This document shows positions 1 to 9,349 of a DNA stretch of 64,000 bases, in pieces; the stretch's first letter is position 1; every line of letters starts with the position of its first letter. The notes below the pieces were generated by a model. The model was given only the letters and a program-made list of their open reading frames with translations. It made no database searches and was not told the origin of the DNA. Both the position numbers and the translations under genes were made by a program. The DNA is from an uncultured Candidatus Saccharibacteria bacterium (lineage in GTDB: Bacteria; Patescibacteriota; JAUYIX01; CAYNWW01). The stretch is taken from contig CAYNWW010000002.1 of assembly GCA_964401055.1 (NCBI GenBank), positions 39,935 to 103,934 of the forward strand, read 5' to 3'.

Positions 1-602
1 ATAAACCTCTTCCACGAAGTCCCGAGCGGCCAACAGGTCATCAGCACAAGCTCGGGACTTTTTTGCTGACTATCTTTGGCACCTAATGGCCGCATAAAAT
101 CAAATTGACTTATGTCCGTTGCCGCGATAACACTGCTCGTCGTGACGCGATACCTATAAACAGCGTTACCCCAAGACAACTCAATCTGATCAGCAGCGGC
201 AAGTTTTTCTAAGTTTGTAAACACTGTTTTCGCCGCTCGTGGCACAAGTGGCGAACCAGAACTATGTCCGGTGAGAAAAACCATTCCCGCTTCATCCGGC
301 AGAGCCGACCGTGGATCATGAGCAACGCCACGCATGAGATCTTGCTGCATGTCTTCATCAAGAGCACTCTCTGACCAGATGACAGGCGCGCGCACTCCGA
401 TTCGCGGAATAAACAAATGCCCCGGGTCGTCTGCGCCAGATGATGCGACAGCCACAACGCTCGCCGCTTGTGGCTGCGCAACCTGTGCAATCGAGTGCAT
501 GCGCACAAACAATGCGTCCCAATTAAGCACCAAAAAAAGAACAACCGCACACAACACACAACTTAGTCCGACTCGCACACTGAATAAAAAAACTTTTTTC
601 AT
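1..602 (-). CDS. Sortase-family transpeptidase, 3'-truncated by the window edge. Start ATG at 602..600; no stop in window.
   Basis: My own minus-strand translation from 602 reads MKKVFLFSVRVGLSCVLCAVVLFLVLNW...LFIPRIGVRAPVIW...GMVFLTGHSS...YRYRVT...ELVLMTCWPLG without a stop. It has an N-terminal signal-anchor helix, an LTGH catalytic His context and an LxTC Cys motif (LMTCWP), all typical of sortases. It is not in the ORF track because it has no stop in the window. Confidence 0.6.
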   Translation of the reverse strand, partial: MKKVFLFSVRVGLSCVLCAVVLFLVLNWDALFVRMHSIAQVAQPQAASVVAVASSGADDPGHLFIPRIGVRAPVIWSESALDEDMQQDLMRGVAHDPRSALPDEAGMVFLTGHSSGSPLVPRAAKTVFTNLEKLAAADQIELSWGNAVYRYRVTTSSVIAATDISQFDFMRPLGAKDSQQKSPELVLMTCWPLGTSWKRF

Positions 603-658
603 AAGCTCAGCATGCCACGCCGAGATAAAATTTTTCTAAATAATTGTTAAAAAAATTA

Positions 659-705
659 TAAAAAAAGACGGCTCCTGTGGAAAACCACGGAAACCGCCTT
701 TTTTT
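659..705. terminator. Bidirectional rho-independent terminator downstream of rplL: A-run, imperfect GC hairpin, then T-run.
   Basis: The sequence aaaaaaagacggctcctgtggaaaaccacggaaaccgccttttttt has an imperfect stem of about 14 bp flanked by A7 and T7. It lies between the rplL stop (742) and the sortase start (602). Confidence 0.55.
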
Positions 706-741
706 CGTGCGCCTTGTCGGCGCGTGACGCAAATTGAACGA

Positions 742-1155
742 TTATTTCAATTCAGCTGTTGCGCCTGCTTCTTCAAGTTTCTTCTTCAATTCTTGTGCTT
801 CTTTTGCTGGAACAGCCTCTTTCAACATTTTTGGAGCGCCGTCAACGAGGTCTTTCGCTTCTTTCAAGCCTTTGCCCGTGATTTCGCGAACGATCTTGAT
901 CACTGCGATTTTGTTGGCACCGGATGTCTTGAGCTCGACATTGAACTCAGACTTCTCTTCACCTGCAGGAGCTGCTGCGCCTGCTGCTGCCGGCATCATG
1001 CCGCCTGCCATTGCAACTGGAGCTGCTGACACGCCAAACTTCTCTTCGAGCACTTTCACGAGCTTTGAAAGCTCAAGAACGCTCATTTTTTCGATCTGCT
1101 CAACGATTGCTTTGAATTCTGCTGGAACCTCAACTGCCTTCATTTCTTCTGACAT
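742..1155 (-). CDS. rplL: 50S ribosomal protein L7/L12
   Basis: The 137-aa protein reads [42 protein letters not shown]...; it has an Ala/Gly/Pro-rich hinge and a C-terminal [17 protein letters not shown] segment characteristic of L7/L12. Confidence 0.95.
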   Translation of the reverse strand: MSEEMKAVEVPAEFKAIVEQIEKMSVLELSKLVKVLEEKFGVSAAPVAMAGGMMPAAAGAAAPAGEEKSEFNVELKTSGANKIAVIKIVREITGKGLKEAKDLVDGAPKMLKEAVPAKEAQELKKKLEEAGATAELK

Positions 1156-1188
1156 GGATGTAATAGTTATAAAATTCGAAATAAATAC

Positions 1189-1722
1189 TTACGCTTTGGG
1201 GGCTTCTTTTGCGGTGGCGATTGCGTTCAATACGTGCACCACACTCGCAACTTCGGCGCGCAACACGCCCACGAAATTGGAAACCGGTGCGTTGATTGAG
1301 CCAAGCAAGCGGCCAAGCAACTGCTCTTTGGTCGGTAATGCAGCGAGTTCAAGCACTTCTGCCTTAGACATCGTGCGCGAACCGAGCATACCACTCAAAA
1401 TCTGAATTTGCGGATTTGTTTTCGCAAATTCTGCCAGAATGCGAGCGGGCGCAACTTCATCCTTGAAGCCGAGCACCACGGACACCTGACCTGACATTTC
1501 CTCCAACTGTGCATCCTTAAACTGTTCCTTGAAAGCTCGCGTCATCAACGAGTTTTTTACCACTCGAAACTCGGCGCCAACTTGATACAACTTCTTGCGA
1601 AGCTGCTCAGTCTCAGCAACCTTGATGCCTTTGTAGCTTGCAAAAACAGCCGAGCGCGATTGCCCAAACTCCTGTGCCAGAGCCTTGACAATTGCCTTCT
1701 TCTGCGATCGCGTTTTAGGCAT
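1189..1722 (-). CDS. rplJ: 50S ribosomal protein L10
   Basis: The 177-aa protein lies immediately upstream of rplL in the conserved rplJ-rplL order, with an N-terminus MPKTRSQKKAIVKALAQEF... typical of the L10 family. Confidence 0.9.
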   Translation of the reverse strand: MPKTRSQKKAIVKALAQEFGQSRSAVFASYKGIKVAETEQLRKKLYQVGAEFRVVKNSLMTRAFKEQFKDAQLEEMSGQVSVVLGFKDEVAPARILAEFAKTNPQIQILSGMLGSRTMSKAEVLELAALPTKEQLLGRLLGSINAPVSNFVGVLRAEVASVVHVLNAIATAKEAPKA

Positions 1723-1994
1723 AGCTTAAAAATAAAAAAATCTGCGGCGTTCCGCAGGAAATACAAACCGCACGTGTGCATGGTCTGTATCCTCGATAGG
1801 ATTTATTCTTCATCAGAAACCTATGGTCTGCGGATAGAGCTAGTATAAAGGATTGGCGGATATTGTCAAGAATAGTGCGAGAAATTTCCCGCGCCGGCTG
1901 ATTTTTCGAGTTATCCACAGAGTGGAGCAAATTTTAGCATTTTTTAATGATTTTTTCACAAAAATTTTATCTTCGCCTGCTAAGGTACTCGTAG

Positions 1995-2636
1995 TTGATC
2001 GAATGCATCGATCAATATTCAACGGAGGAACAAGCAATGAATGCACGAATGTGGTTCAGTGCTATTGTGCTGTTTTGCCTCGAACTCCCTACGACACATG
2101 CCGGAAACAATAATGGCGGTCTCACCAAGGAGGAGGCCGTAGAGATTTCGGATCAGGCGATCAAAGGAGATTATATTTCCTATGATGAGCTACAGCCAGA
2201 AGAGCAGCACCAAGTTATAGAGCAAATCAAAAAGTTCGTGCCCGCTTCGATTGGAAATCTTCCACCATGCGCTCCGGGGTACTGGGGTGCCTACGGGGTT
2301 GGTGAACCAATTGAACAAAGGAATAGCACTGCAGGGCTTAATTACCAAATTGGACCCAATTGCTACCGCTGGGCGTCGGATAATAGCTGCGGCACGGATA
2401 ATAACGATCTCATGCTCAGCTTCTACTTCGGGAATCATGCCGAAAGCCTTGAGGATCTTCGTTCAAAGATCAGATGGTCTTCGACAAATCCAGTGATCAA
2501 CGTAATACCAAAAGTTCTCAGCGGACTGATCTACGAAAGAGTTAGGGGTGGTGGACGGGATGATTACAACATTTACGCCTGCATCCCAACTCCGTGGATC
2601 TACTTTGCTGACTCCTTCCTAATGCGGAAATACTAA
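1995..2636 (+). CDS. Hypothetical secreted Cys-containing protein. The likely true start is the internal M at ~2037, which opens a signal peptide (MNARMWFSAIVLFCLELPTTHA).
   Basis: The ORF carries a hydrophobic signal-peptide-like segment; I recognise no domain. Confidence 0.35.
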   Translation: MIECIDQYSTEEQAMNARMWFSAIVLFCLELPTTHAGNNNGGLTKEEAVEISDQAIKGDYISYDELQPEEQHQVIEQIKKFVPASIGNLPPCAPGYWGAYGVGEPIEQRNSTAGLNYQIGPNCYRWASDNSCGTDNNDLMLSFYFGNHAESLEDLRSKIRWSSTNPVINVIPKVLSGLIYERVRGGGRDDYNIYACIPTPWIYFADSFLMRKY

Positions 2637-2684
2637 ATTTTCCGCCTGATTCCAAAGAGAATATGACAATGCATCACTTGATAT

Positions 2685-2942
2685 TTGTCATATTCTCTTC
2701 TTCTTTTTTTTGTTATACTAATTTCAAATAACAATAGACACATGACAAACGATCGCGTAATCAAAATCCTCGTTGGGCTATTCATCATAGTTAGCCTCGC
2801 CATACACGCCTATGAACTTTATTTTGTCACACTTTTTAAAGAATTTGATGATGATTCGATTGAAATGGTTGCGCAGGCACAAAACGAGAAAAATGCCTGC
2901 CTAGATAAGCTAAAGAAGGCAGAAGCGGCACTTGTAAAATAA
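2685..2942 (+). CDS. Small single-TM membrane protein, hypothetical (probable start at the internal Met, ~2742).
   Basis: It has one hydrophobic helix followed by a charged C-terminal segment. Its architecture resembles that of the adjacent small ORF. Confidence 0.3.
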   Translation: MSYSLLLFFVILISNNNRHMTNDRVIKILVGLFIIVSLAIHAYELYFVTLFKEFDDDSIEMVAQAQNEKNACLDKLKKAEAALVK

Positions 2943-2958
2943 TAGTTTTTTACCAAAA

Positions 2959-3162
2959 ATGAGACCGCTTCGCACAACCGAAATCGTTATGATCTGCATT
3001 ATCATCGTAAGCGCACTTTTTCACGTTTTTGAAATTTTTGCGTTATCGATGGCTCGAGAACAAGAAAATGACAGTGCATATCTTTGCACGAAGGCATACG
3101 ACGAAAAATATGCATACATGGAAGAGCTTTCAAAGCTACAAGAGAAAACCGGCCAGAAATAG
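2959..3162 (+). CDS. Small single-TM membrane protein, hypothetical; possibly a weak tandem paralog of 2685..2942.
   Basis: It has an N-terminal hydrophobic helix (IVMICIIIVSALFHVFEIF) and an acidic/basic tail. Confidence 0.3.
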   Translation: MRPLRTTEIVMICIIIVSALFHVFEIFALSMAREQENDSAYLCTKAYDEKYAYMEELSKLQEKTGQK

Positions 3163-3182
3163 AAGGATCAACGGCACCGGAT

Positions 3183-4343
3183 CTATCTCAAGTATTTCGC
3201 CACATTTTTCTGGTGCTCATCAAACGTCTTTGCATAGATGACTTCGCCTGTCTGCGGAACAGTCAGGAAAAAGAAATAATCTGTCTGTGCGGGATTAATC
3301 GCGGCCTGGATTGCATCCATGCCCGGATTTGCAATTGGTCCGGGAGGCAGGCCGTTAATTTGATACGTATTATACGGCGTATTTGTTTTAGTAAACGCAC
3401 TTGCGTTGAGAGTTGGGTTAAGTGAAATCCCGTACTGAATCGTCACATCAGACTCTAGTCGTTTGCCTACCCGAAGACGATTGGTAAATACTCCGGCGAC
3501 TATTTTTTTATCTTGAGGAGTCTGAACTTCCTTCTCCAAAATACTTGCAAGCGTAATCACATCAGTCGACTTTCGCCCATCAAGCAGCAACTTCGCACGC
3601 ATATCATGCGTGAATTTTTTACCGAAGTTGCTAAGCATTTTGCGAATCAATATATCTGCGGTAGTTTTTTCATCCACGCGATAGGTATCGGGAAACAAAT
3701 ATCCCTCAAGTGTCGCCTTTGCGGGCAGCTCATGCACAAAATCGTAATCGTCAAAATACGCATGCGGACTTGCCACGCGCTTGGCAAAATCATCTGCATC
3801 AATAGTGCTCTGCGCACGAACCTGTTCTGTCATCTGCTTTGCCGTCCAGCCCTCGACAAATGTCAGGCTTTGCTCTATAAGGGCCTGTTTTTGATGCGCC
3901 AAGACATGAGCAATATCCTGCATCGTCATTGATGCATTCAAGTGGTACGTACCTGGCTGAAAATATCCAGAGATTCCCTCTTTCAAAGTAAGCCACTGAA
4001 ACACATACGCATTGCTGATTAATTTTTTATCCTGAAGGCGCTTACTGATATCGGCTACACGATCGCCCTGAGAAATAATAAAATCAGACGAAGCGGCTTT
4101 TGCTGCATCGCGCGTCACGGGCTGGCGCATCAGTTGTTGTGCGTAGAAATACCCGCCCACGCCCACGCCGGCAAGTATTAAGAAAAGTCCCGCAATAATA
4201 CCACAACAATTCCAAAATCTTCCGGTTTTTTTTGCGCGCTTGTGAGCGAGCGCTTCAAGCTCTGGCATAGGAACTTGCGAAGCGGGAGCCACAACTGGTG
4301 AGGACGGAACCTGAAATTGCTGACGAGGCGGTTGGATTTCCAT
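3183..4343 (-). CDS. mltG: Endolytic murein transglycosylase MltG/YceG family
   Basis: The 386-aa protein has an N-terminal TM anchor and the segment LASILEKE..DKKIVAGVFTNRLRVGKRLESDVTIQYG typical of the YceG/MltG family. Confidence 0.7.
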   Translation of the reverse strand: MEIQPPRQQFQVPSSPVVAPASQVPMPELEALAHKRAKKTGRFWNCCGIIAGLFLILAGVGVGGYFYAQQLMRQPVTRDAAKAASSDFIISQGDRVADISKRLQDKKLISNAYVFQWLTLKEGISGYFQPGTYHLNASMTMQDIAHVLAHQKQALIEQSLTFVEGWTAKQMTEQVRAQSTIDADDFAKRVASPHAYFDDYDFVHELPAKATLEGYLFPDTYRVDEKTTADILIRKMLSNFGKKFTHDMRAKLLLDGRKSTDVITLASILEKEVQTPQDKKIVAGVFTNRLRVGKRLESDVTIQYGISLNPTLNASAFTKTNTPYNTYQINGLPPGPIANPGMDAIQAAINPAQTDYFFFLTVPQTGEVIYAKTFDEHQKNVAKYLR

Positions 4344-4346
4344 ATG

Positions 4347-5462
4347 CTAGAGATATTGAGTGAATTTTTGCTGCTCGAGCATCTCGACAATCTTTTTGAT
4401 TTCTTGTACGCGATCAAGCGGACACACCAGCACAGCTTTATCAGTCTCGATCACTGCCATATCACTAAGACCAACAGTCGCGATCATTTTTCCGCTTGTG
4501 CCGTAAATTACGCTTCGCTTCGTATCGATAGTGAGATGCTCAGCTTGTGTAAGATTTTGATCGCCGGTGACGAGCAGGTCACGTAGCGCAGCAAATGAAC
4601 CAATATCCGTCCATCCGATATCGGCTGCAATCACTGCCATGTGCGGCGCCTGCTCGATGATCGCATAATCAATGGCGATTTTTTCCATATCGTGGTACTC
4701 GGTCTTAAGCACTTCTTGCTCGCGCGGCGTACCGATTGCATCGTGAATTCGCATCAAGCGCGCATACATATCTGGACGAAATTGTTTGAACAGATCAAGG
4801 ATTGTCGATGCCTTCCAGACAAACATATTTGCATTCCACAAAAATGTTCCGGCTTTGACAAACTGCTCAGCGACGTCACGCGCAGGCTTTTCCTTAAACT
4901 GTTTTACTTTATACACTTGGTGCTCGCCCACCTTCTCCATTTCAACGCCCATCTCGATATAACCATAGCCTGTTTCGGCATAGCTTGGCTTGATGCCTAT
5001 CTCCACCAAATGATGCGGATGCTTTGCGACAAACTCAGCGCCCGCGCGAATTGCGCCCACAAACGTGTCTGAATACTTAATCACATGATCAGAGCCCAAG
5101 CTTGCAATAATTGCTTCCGGATCCGCATGATGCGCATACACAGCTTCCAGGCCGATTGCAGCCGCCGTATCTTTGCGCTCCGGCTCAACGATAAAAAGTG
5201 GCTGCACATGCTCAACGCCTTTCAACGTTTTGAGTGTCTGAGTGGCTTGCGCCTGGGCATGCGATAAAAATTGCGCATTCGTAGAAATGATAAGCTGGTG
5301 CTTTTGCTCTTGAAGCAAAACCGCAAGACGACGGATTGTAAGCTCAAACGTACTTTCATCCTTAATCATCGGATAAAATTGCTTGGGCATTTGTTGCGTA
5401 CTCAACGGCCATAATCGCGTCCCGGCTCCACCCGCACGAATCACAATGTGCATACAGGTCAC
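4347..5462 (-). CDS. manC: Mannose-1-phosphate guanylyltransferase (nucleotidyltransferase family)
   Basis: The N-terminus IVIRAGGAGTRLWPLS...PKQF is the sugar-nucleotidyltransferase G-x-G-T-R motif. The 371-aa size fits a GMP/ManC-type enzyme. Confidence 0.7.
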   Translation of the reverse strand: MTCMHIVIRAGGAGTRLWPLSTQQMPKQFYPMIKDESTFELTIRRLAVLLQEQKHQLIISTNAQFLSHAQAQATQTLKTLKGVEHVQPLFIVEPERKDTAAAIGLEAVYAHHADPEAIIASLGSDHVIKYSDTFVGAIRAGAEFVAKHPHHLVEIGIKPSYAETGYGYIEMGVEMEKVGEHQVYKVKQFKEKPARDVAEQFVKAGTFLWNANMFVWKASTILDLFKQFRPDMYARLMRIHDAIGTPREQEVLKTEYHDMEKIAIDYAIIEQAPHMAVIAADIGWTDIGSFAALRDLLVTGDQNLTQAEHLTIDTKRSVIYGTSGKMIATVGLSDMAVIETDKAVLVCPLDRVQEIKKIVEMLEQQKFTQYL

Positions 5463-5516
5463 TTAGATATTATGCTCACAGCATAGCACAAAACCGACCG
5501 TCTGGTCACGCCACAA

Positions 5517-6221
5517 TCAGGAGCCAAAATTGCGCTTGCGTGCACGAAAATCCTGAAGCGCGGCGTCAAATTCGGCTTCTGTAAAATCGGGCCAAAGCGT
5601 ATTGGTAAAATAAAGTTCGCTGTAAGACGACTGCCACAACAAAAAATTGCTGAGTCGTTGCTGACCGCCCGTACGAATAATCAGCTCGGGATCTTTTTGC
5701 GATGTCGTATACAGATGTTGCTGAATCAGTTCTTCAGAAATCTGGTCCGGCGCCGTGCCCGCGACAACAAGCTCGCGCACTGCGTGAACGATCTCGCCGC
5801 GACCTCCATAACTCAATGCAATGTTAAGAGTAAGCTGCTGGGAATTGTTTTCAGCCAAATAGCGCGTTGTTTTTTCAAGCGCCTCGCGAACATATTGCGG
5901 AAAATCAGCAATCTCACCGATTGCGCGGAGATGAATCCCGTTTGCAAACAATTCCGCGCGCTTCTTGCGCAAAAATCTCACAATCAACCGAAGCAAGTAC
6001 GTGATTTCCTGCTTTGTACGGCGCCAATTTTCAGTCGAAAAAGCATACACAGTGAGCGTTTTGACACCTCTGCGAATGCAGGCCTTCATGATATTTTCCA
6101 AAGCCTCAACACCTTTTTCGTGTCCCTTGATGCTCGGAAATCCGCGCGTCGTTGCCCATCGTCGATTACCATCCATAATAATAGCAACGTGCTCTGGGAC
6201 AATTTGTGGCGAGTGAGTCAT
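5517..6221 (-). CDS. uppS: Undecaprenyl-diphosphate synthase (cis-prenyltransferase)
   Basis: The sequence HVAIIMDGNRRWATTRG...TVYAFSTENWRR...SYGGR is the conserved signature of the UPP synthase family. Confidence 0.9.
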   Translation of the reverse strand: MTHSPQIVPEHVAIIMDGNRRWATTRGFPSIKGHEKGVEALENIMKACIRRGVKTLTVYAFSTENWRRTKQEITYLLRLIVRFLRKKRAELFANGIHLRAIGEIADFPQYVREALEKTTRYLAENNSQQLTLNIALSYGGRGEIVHAVRELVVAGTAPDQISEELIQQHLYTTSQKDPELIIRTGGQQRLSNFLLWQSSYSELYFTNTLWPDFTEAEFDAALQDFRARKRNFGS

Positions 6222-7384
6222 TAGGATGATCGATCAACCATATAATCAAGAATTCCTTCCAGAAAATCAGAAGTTTCTTGCGTAAAATGAATGCGTTCCA
6301 GCTCGGACAAGGCTTGCTCTTTGTGCATATTCATCTGCTGCATACAATATTCTTCCGCACCGATCGTGCGCAGAATTTCTTGGGTTCGCGCGACATCCGC
6401 GGCGGTCAAATTTTTATTCCCAAGCGCATGATTCAAAGCCGAAAGCTGATCTCGATCAGCATGCGCACGCGCAAAATGCACCAGAATAGTTTCCTTACCT
6501 TCTTTGATGTCTGATCCAACCGGCTTGCCGATTTTTTCTTCCGTTCCAAACATGCCAATCACATCGTCGCGTATTTGATAGATCAATCCCACGTGATACG
6601 AGAACCGCGCCAGCGCCTTGAGCGTATTTCGATCCTCAACGCCGGCCAGCCTCGCCGCCATCATGAGCGGCCCCTGCATGGTGTATTGAGCAGTTTTCAA
6701 ATCATAAATTTGCAAAATATCCGACTCGTGAATATCGCCAAAAAGACTTTTCCAGACATCGATAAGCTCGCCGTAGCCGGCTTTTTGCGTCATGACGTTG
6801 AGCTCCCGCATGATAGAAATTTTCATCGCCGAGTCAATCTCGAGAGCGAGTAATAAATCTTGCGCAAATGTTTGCAAAATATCTCCGGCAACAATCGCCA
6901 TAGACTCACCCACATGACGCGTGCGCGGTGTGATCTCATGCGCATCAAGACCAACAGAACGACTGTACAGGCCGCGATACAATTCGTGCATAGCCGGACC
7001 GCCACGACGCAGGCGATCTTCATCGATAATGTCATCGTGCACGAGCAAGTAGGCATGAATAAGTTCAGCCGCAACGCCACAGGTCAACGCAGACTGTTCA
7101 TCCTTACCGCCAAATCCTTTGTACGCCATATACAGGAGAGCAGGACGAAAACGCTTGCCCGGCCTGAGCAAAAAATCTTTGATATAAAAAAGAAGCTGAT
7201 CGATTTCGCGCAAACCTCCCCCCTCCGAATCTGCGAACTCAAGGCGCAATTCACGCGCTTTTTGATCTATCGTTGCAGCAAGAAGCGGATCTATATGTTG
7301 TCGTTGAAGAGATTTGAGAGTGCTAATAGCTGAATTTTTGAGCGCTTCCGAGGTGATCTCGGAGGTAACAGTTGAAGAAGGCAT
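6221..7384 (-). CDS. trans-Polyprenyl diphosphate synthase (FPP/GGPP synthase family); chain length cannot be determined from sequence.
   Basis: The first aspartate-rich motif is LLVHDDIIDED and the second is IRDDVIGMFG. At 387 aa it is longer than a typical IspA. It overlaps the uppS start by 1 nt. Confidence 0.85.
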   Translation of the reverse strand: MPSSTVTSEITSEALKNSAISTLKSLQRQHIDPLLAATIDQKARELRLEFADSEGGGLREIDQLLFYIKDFLLRPGKRFRPALLYMAYKGFGGKDEQSALTCGVAAELIHAYLLVHDDIIDEDRLRRGGPAMHELYRGLYSRSVGLDAHEITPRTRHVGESMAIVAGDILQTFAQDLLLALEIDSAMKISIMRELNVMTQKAGYGELIDVWKSLFGDIHESDILQIYDLKTAQYTMQGPLMMAARLAGVEDRNTLKALARFSYHVGLIYQIRDDVIGMFGTEEKIGKPVGSDIKEGKETILVHFARAHADRDQLSALNHALGNKNLTAADVARTQEILRTIGAEEYCMQQMNMHKEQALSELERIHFTQETSDFLEGILDYMVDRSS

Positions 7385-7420
7385 GAGTGTTGAGGTATAA
7401 GTTCCTGAATTGGCTTTTTA

Positions 7421-9349
7421 TTATACCAAAGGAACTCGGACAAAAAAAGTGCTTCCCCGACCTTCGCCTGCGCTCTCTACCCACACGTCTGCATTTTGAA
7501 CTTTGAGAAGATTTTTCACAACGTAGAGACCAATACCCGATCCGCTGGTGTTGATCTTGTTGCTATTTTTGCCGCGGGAAAATTTCTGGAACAATTGGGT
7601 AATTTCTTCCGGGCTAATACCCACGCCAGTGTCACGAATTTTGATAATGAGATCCGGGCGCTTGATTTCCGTGCTAATTTCCACATAGCCTTGGGGCGTG
7701 TATTTGATCGCGTTGTCGATCAGGTTTGAGAATACTTCGGTCATTTTTGTCGGATCCGCTTTCACGAGGGGCCAGACGCTTGACGGAGTAACGATCAGGC
7801 GAATGTGCTTTGGCTCAGCGATCGGTTCGAGCTCTTTGACGATGTTGGTGACGATGTCTTTCAGTTTTACCTTGAGAATCTCCACTTTCAGGCGGCCCCC
7901 TTCGATGCGCGACACGTTGAGGAAATCGCTCACGAGCTGGATGAGCCGGTTGGTGTTTTCATAGACAATGTCCACCACTTCATCTTGCTGCTTGGGGATT
8001 GGGCCGAAATCACCTGCTTTGAGCATGGAGAGATAGCCTTTGATGCCGGAGAGCGGCGTGCGGAGTTGGTGCGAGGCGATGGAGAGGAATTCGGATTTGA
8101 TGTTGTCGATGCGCACGAGCTCTTGGTTCACTTCGTTAAGTTTTGCGGCGCGCTCTTTTTCCGTCACATAGAGACGGGCATTTTCCATACCGACACCGAC
8201 TTGCGAGGCAAATGAATTCATGAGCTCTTTGTCGCGATCAGTAATTTCAGCAATGGACTTGTCGAGAAGAAAAATAAGCGAGCCGAGAATTTTCTCTCTC
8301 ACAATAATCGGCACAGCCGCACCCGCTTTCATGCCCACAAGAGACTGCATCGCATTTGCAGTTACTTTTGGCAAAGCGCTTTGCGAAACCAAATCTGAAA
8401 AATCACTCGTGACAATGAGTCGACGCTCTCTGATTGATCTGCTTGATGCGCTTTCAGAAATGTCCACTTGCGCTTCGTGCTCCAAAAAAGGCTTCTCGAG
8501 CATGCGCTGCGCCTGAGAAATGAGAGGAATGTTGGTCACCGCAAACGCCTTGTTCATGCGCGTCTCCCAATTCATAATCGTCAGGATGCCACCAATAAAT
8601 CCGAGGTGTTTCAGGTTGGAAGGAATGCTGTCGACCACCTGCTGCCCCACTGTCCCGAAGTCGAGTGTCTCAGTGGTTGTCTTAACTATTTCAAAGAGTG
8701 CGCGCAGGTCTTTTGCTTGAGCGTCGTAGGCTTTGATTTGTCCTTGGAGCTTGTCGAAGAGTTGGGCGTTGTAGAGCGCGATGGAGATTTGGTTGGCAAA
8801 TATTTGAATTAAATCAAGGTCGTGCTTACTTATTACTTGTTGATCAAATGCCACGGCCATAGCACCAATCGCCTCCTCTTTTACCATTAGCGGAATAGCA
8901 AGCATTGTCTTGAGTCGTAAAACACCCTGAACATATCCAGATGCGTCTTTTGAAAGCAATGGATAAGTAAAGCTACTCAACTTATCAGATTTTTCTATTT
9001 TTTTATTTTTTACTGCTTGAACCAAAATATTTTCTTTTTCTTCCATTGAATAGCCCAAATCATGAACCGATCTATTCATTGCCTTTTCGGCAAAATTCAC
9101 TAGAATTTTTGGGAAGCGAAAATCTCTCAATAGTAGCTTTTTCCCTTCGCCATTCAAAACATACAAACTCGGAAGTTTTAACTGCAGGAGCTTTACGAGC
9201 CTATCTAAAATTAATCTAATAACTGCACCAGAATCAACAAAACCCGTAATAGCACCCGTAATTTCTTTTAGCAGCAGAATCTCTTCCCTGTTGACATACA
9301 ACTCTTTTTCCTGATCGGGCGCTTTTTTCCTAAGAATTCCTAGAAACAT
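7421..9349 (-). CDS. Cytoplasmic sensor histidine kinase with GAF domains, HisKA and HATPase_c. The ORF extends to 9424, but the Met at ~9349 is the likelier start, which keeps the overlap with the upstream gene small.
   Basis: The H-box reads SIASHQLRTPLSGIKGYLSML; N/G1/G2 boxes occur at the C-terminus (DTGVGISPEE..GSGIGLYVV); there is no TM segment. Confidence 0.8.
   Translation of the reverse strand: MFLGILRKKAPDQEKELYVNREEILLLKEITGAITGFVDSGAVIRLILDRLVKLLQLKLPSLYVLNGEGKKLLLRDFRFPKILVNFAEKAMNRSVHDLGYSMEEKENILVQAVKNKKIEKSDKLSSFTYPLLSKDASGYVQGVLRLKTMLAIPLMVKEEAIGAMAVAFDQQVISKHDLDLIQIFANQISIALYNAQLFDKLQGQIKAYDAQAKDLRALFEIVKTTTETLDFGTVGQQVVDSIPSNLKHLGFIGGILTIMNWETRMNKAFAVTNIPLISQAQRMLEKPFLEHEAQVDISESASSRSIRERRLIVTSDFSDLVSQSALPKVTANAMQSLVGMKAGAAVPIIVREKILGSLIFLLDKSIAEITDRDKELMNSFASQVGVGMENARLYVTEKERAAKLNEVNQELVRIDNIKSEFLSIASHQLRTPLSGIKGYLSMLKAGDFGPIPKQQDEVVDIVYENTNRLIQLVSDFLNVSRIEGGRLKVEILKVKLKDIVTNIVKELEPIAEPKHIRLIVTPSSVWPLVKADPTKMTEVFSNLIDNAIKYTPQGYVEISTEIKRPDLIIKIRDTGVGISPEEITQLFQKFSRGKNSNKINTSGSGIGLYVVKNLLKVQNADVWVESAGEGRGSTFFVRVPLV

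Noticed and set aside
209-639. Track ORFs 209..559 (-) and 334..639 (+)
   Set aside because: Both are Cys/Arg-rich, low-complexity translations in frames alternative to the open sortase reading frame (minus strand, from 602 to the window edge). They are by-products of the GC-rich coding region, not genes.
724-1405. Plus-strand ORFs 724..1029 and 734..1405, overlapping rplL/rplJ
   Set aside because: They are antisense to two strongly supported ribosomal protein genes. Their Ser/Ala/Cys-rich nonsense composition is typical of shadow ORFs.
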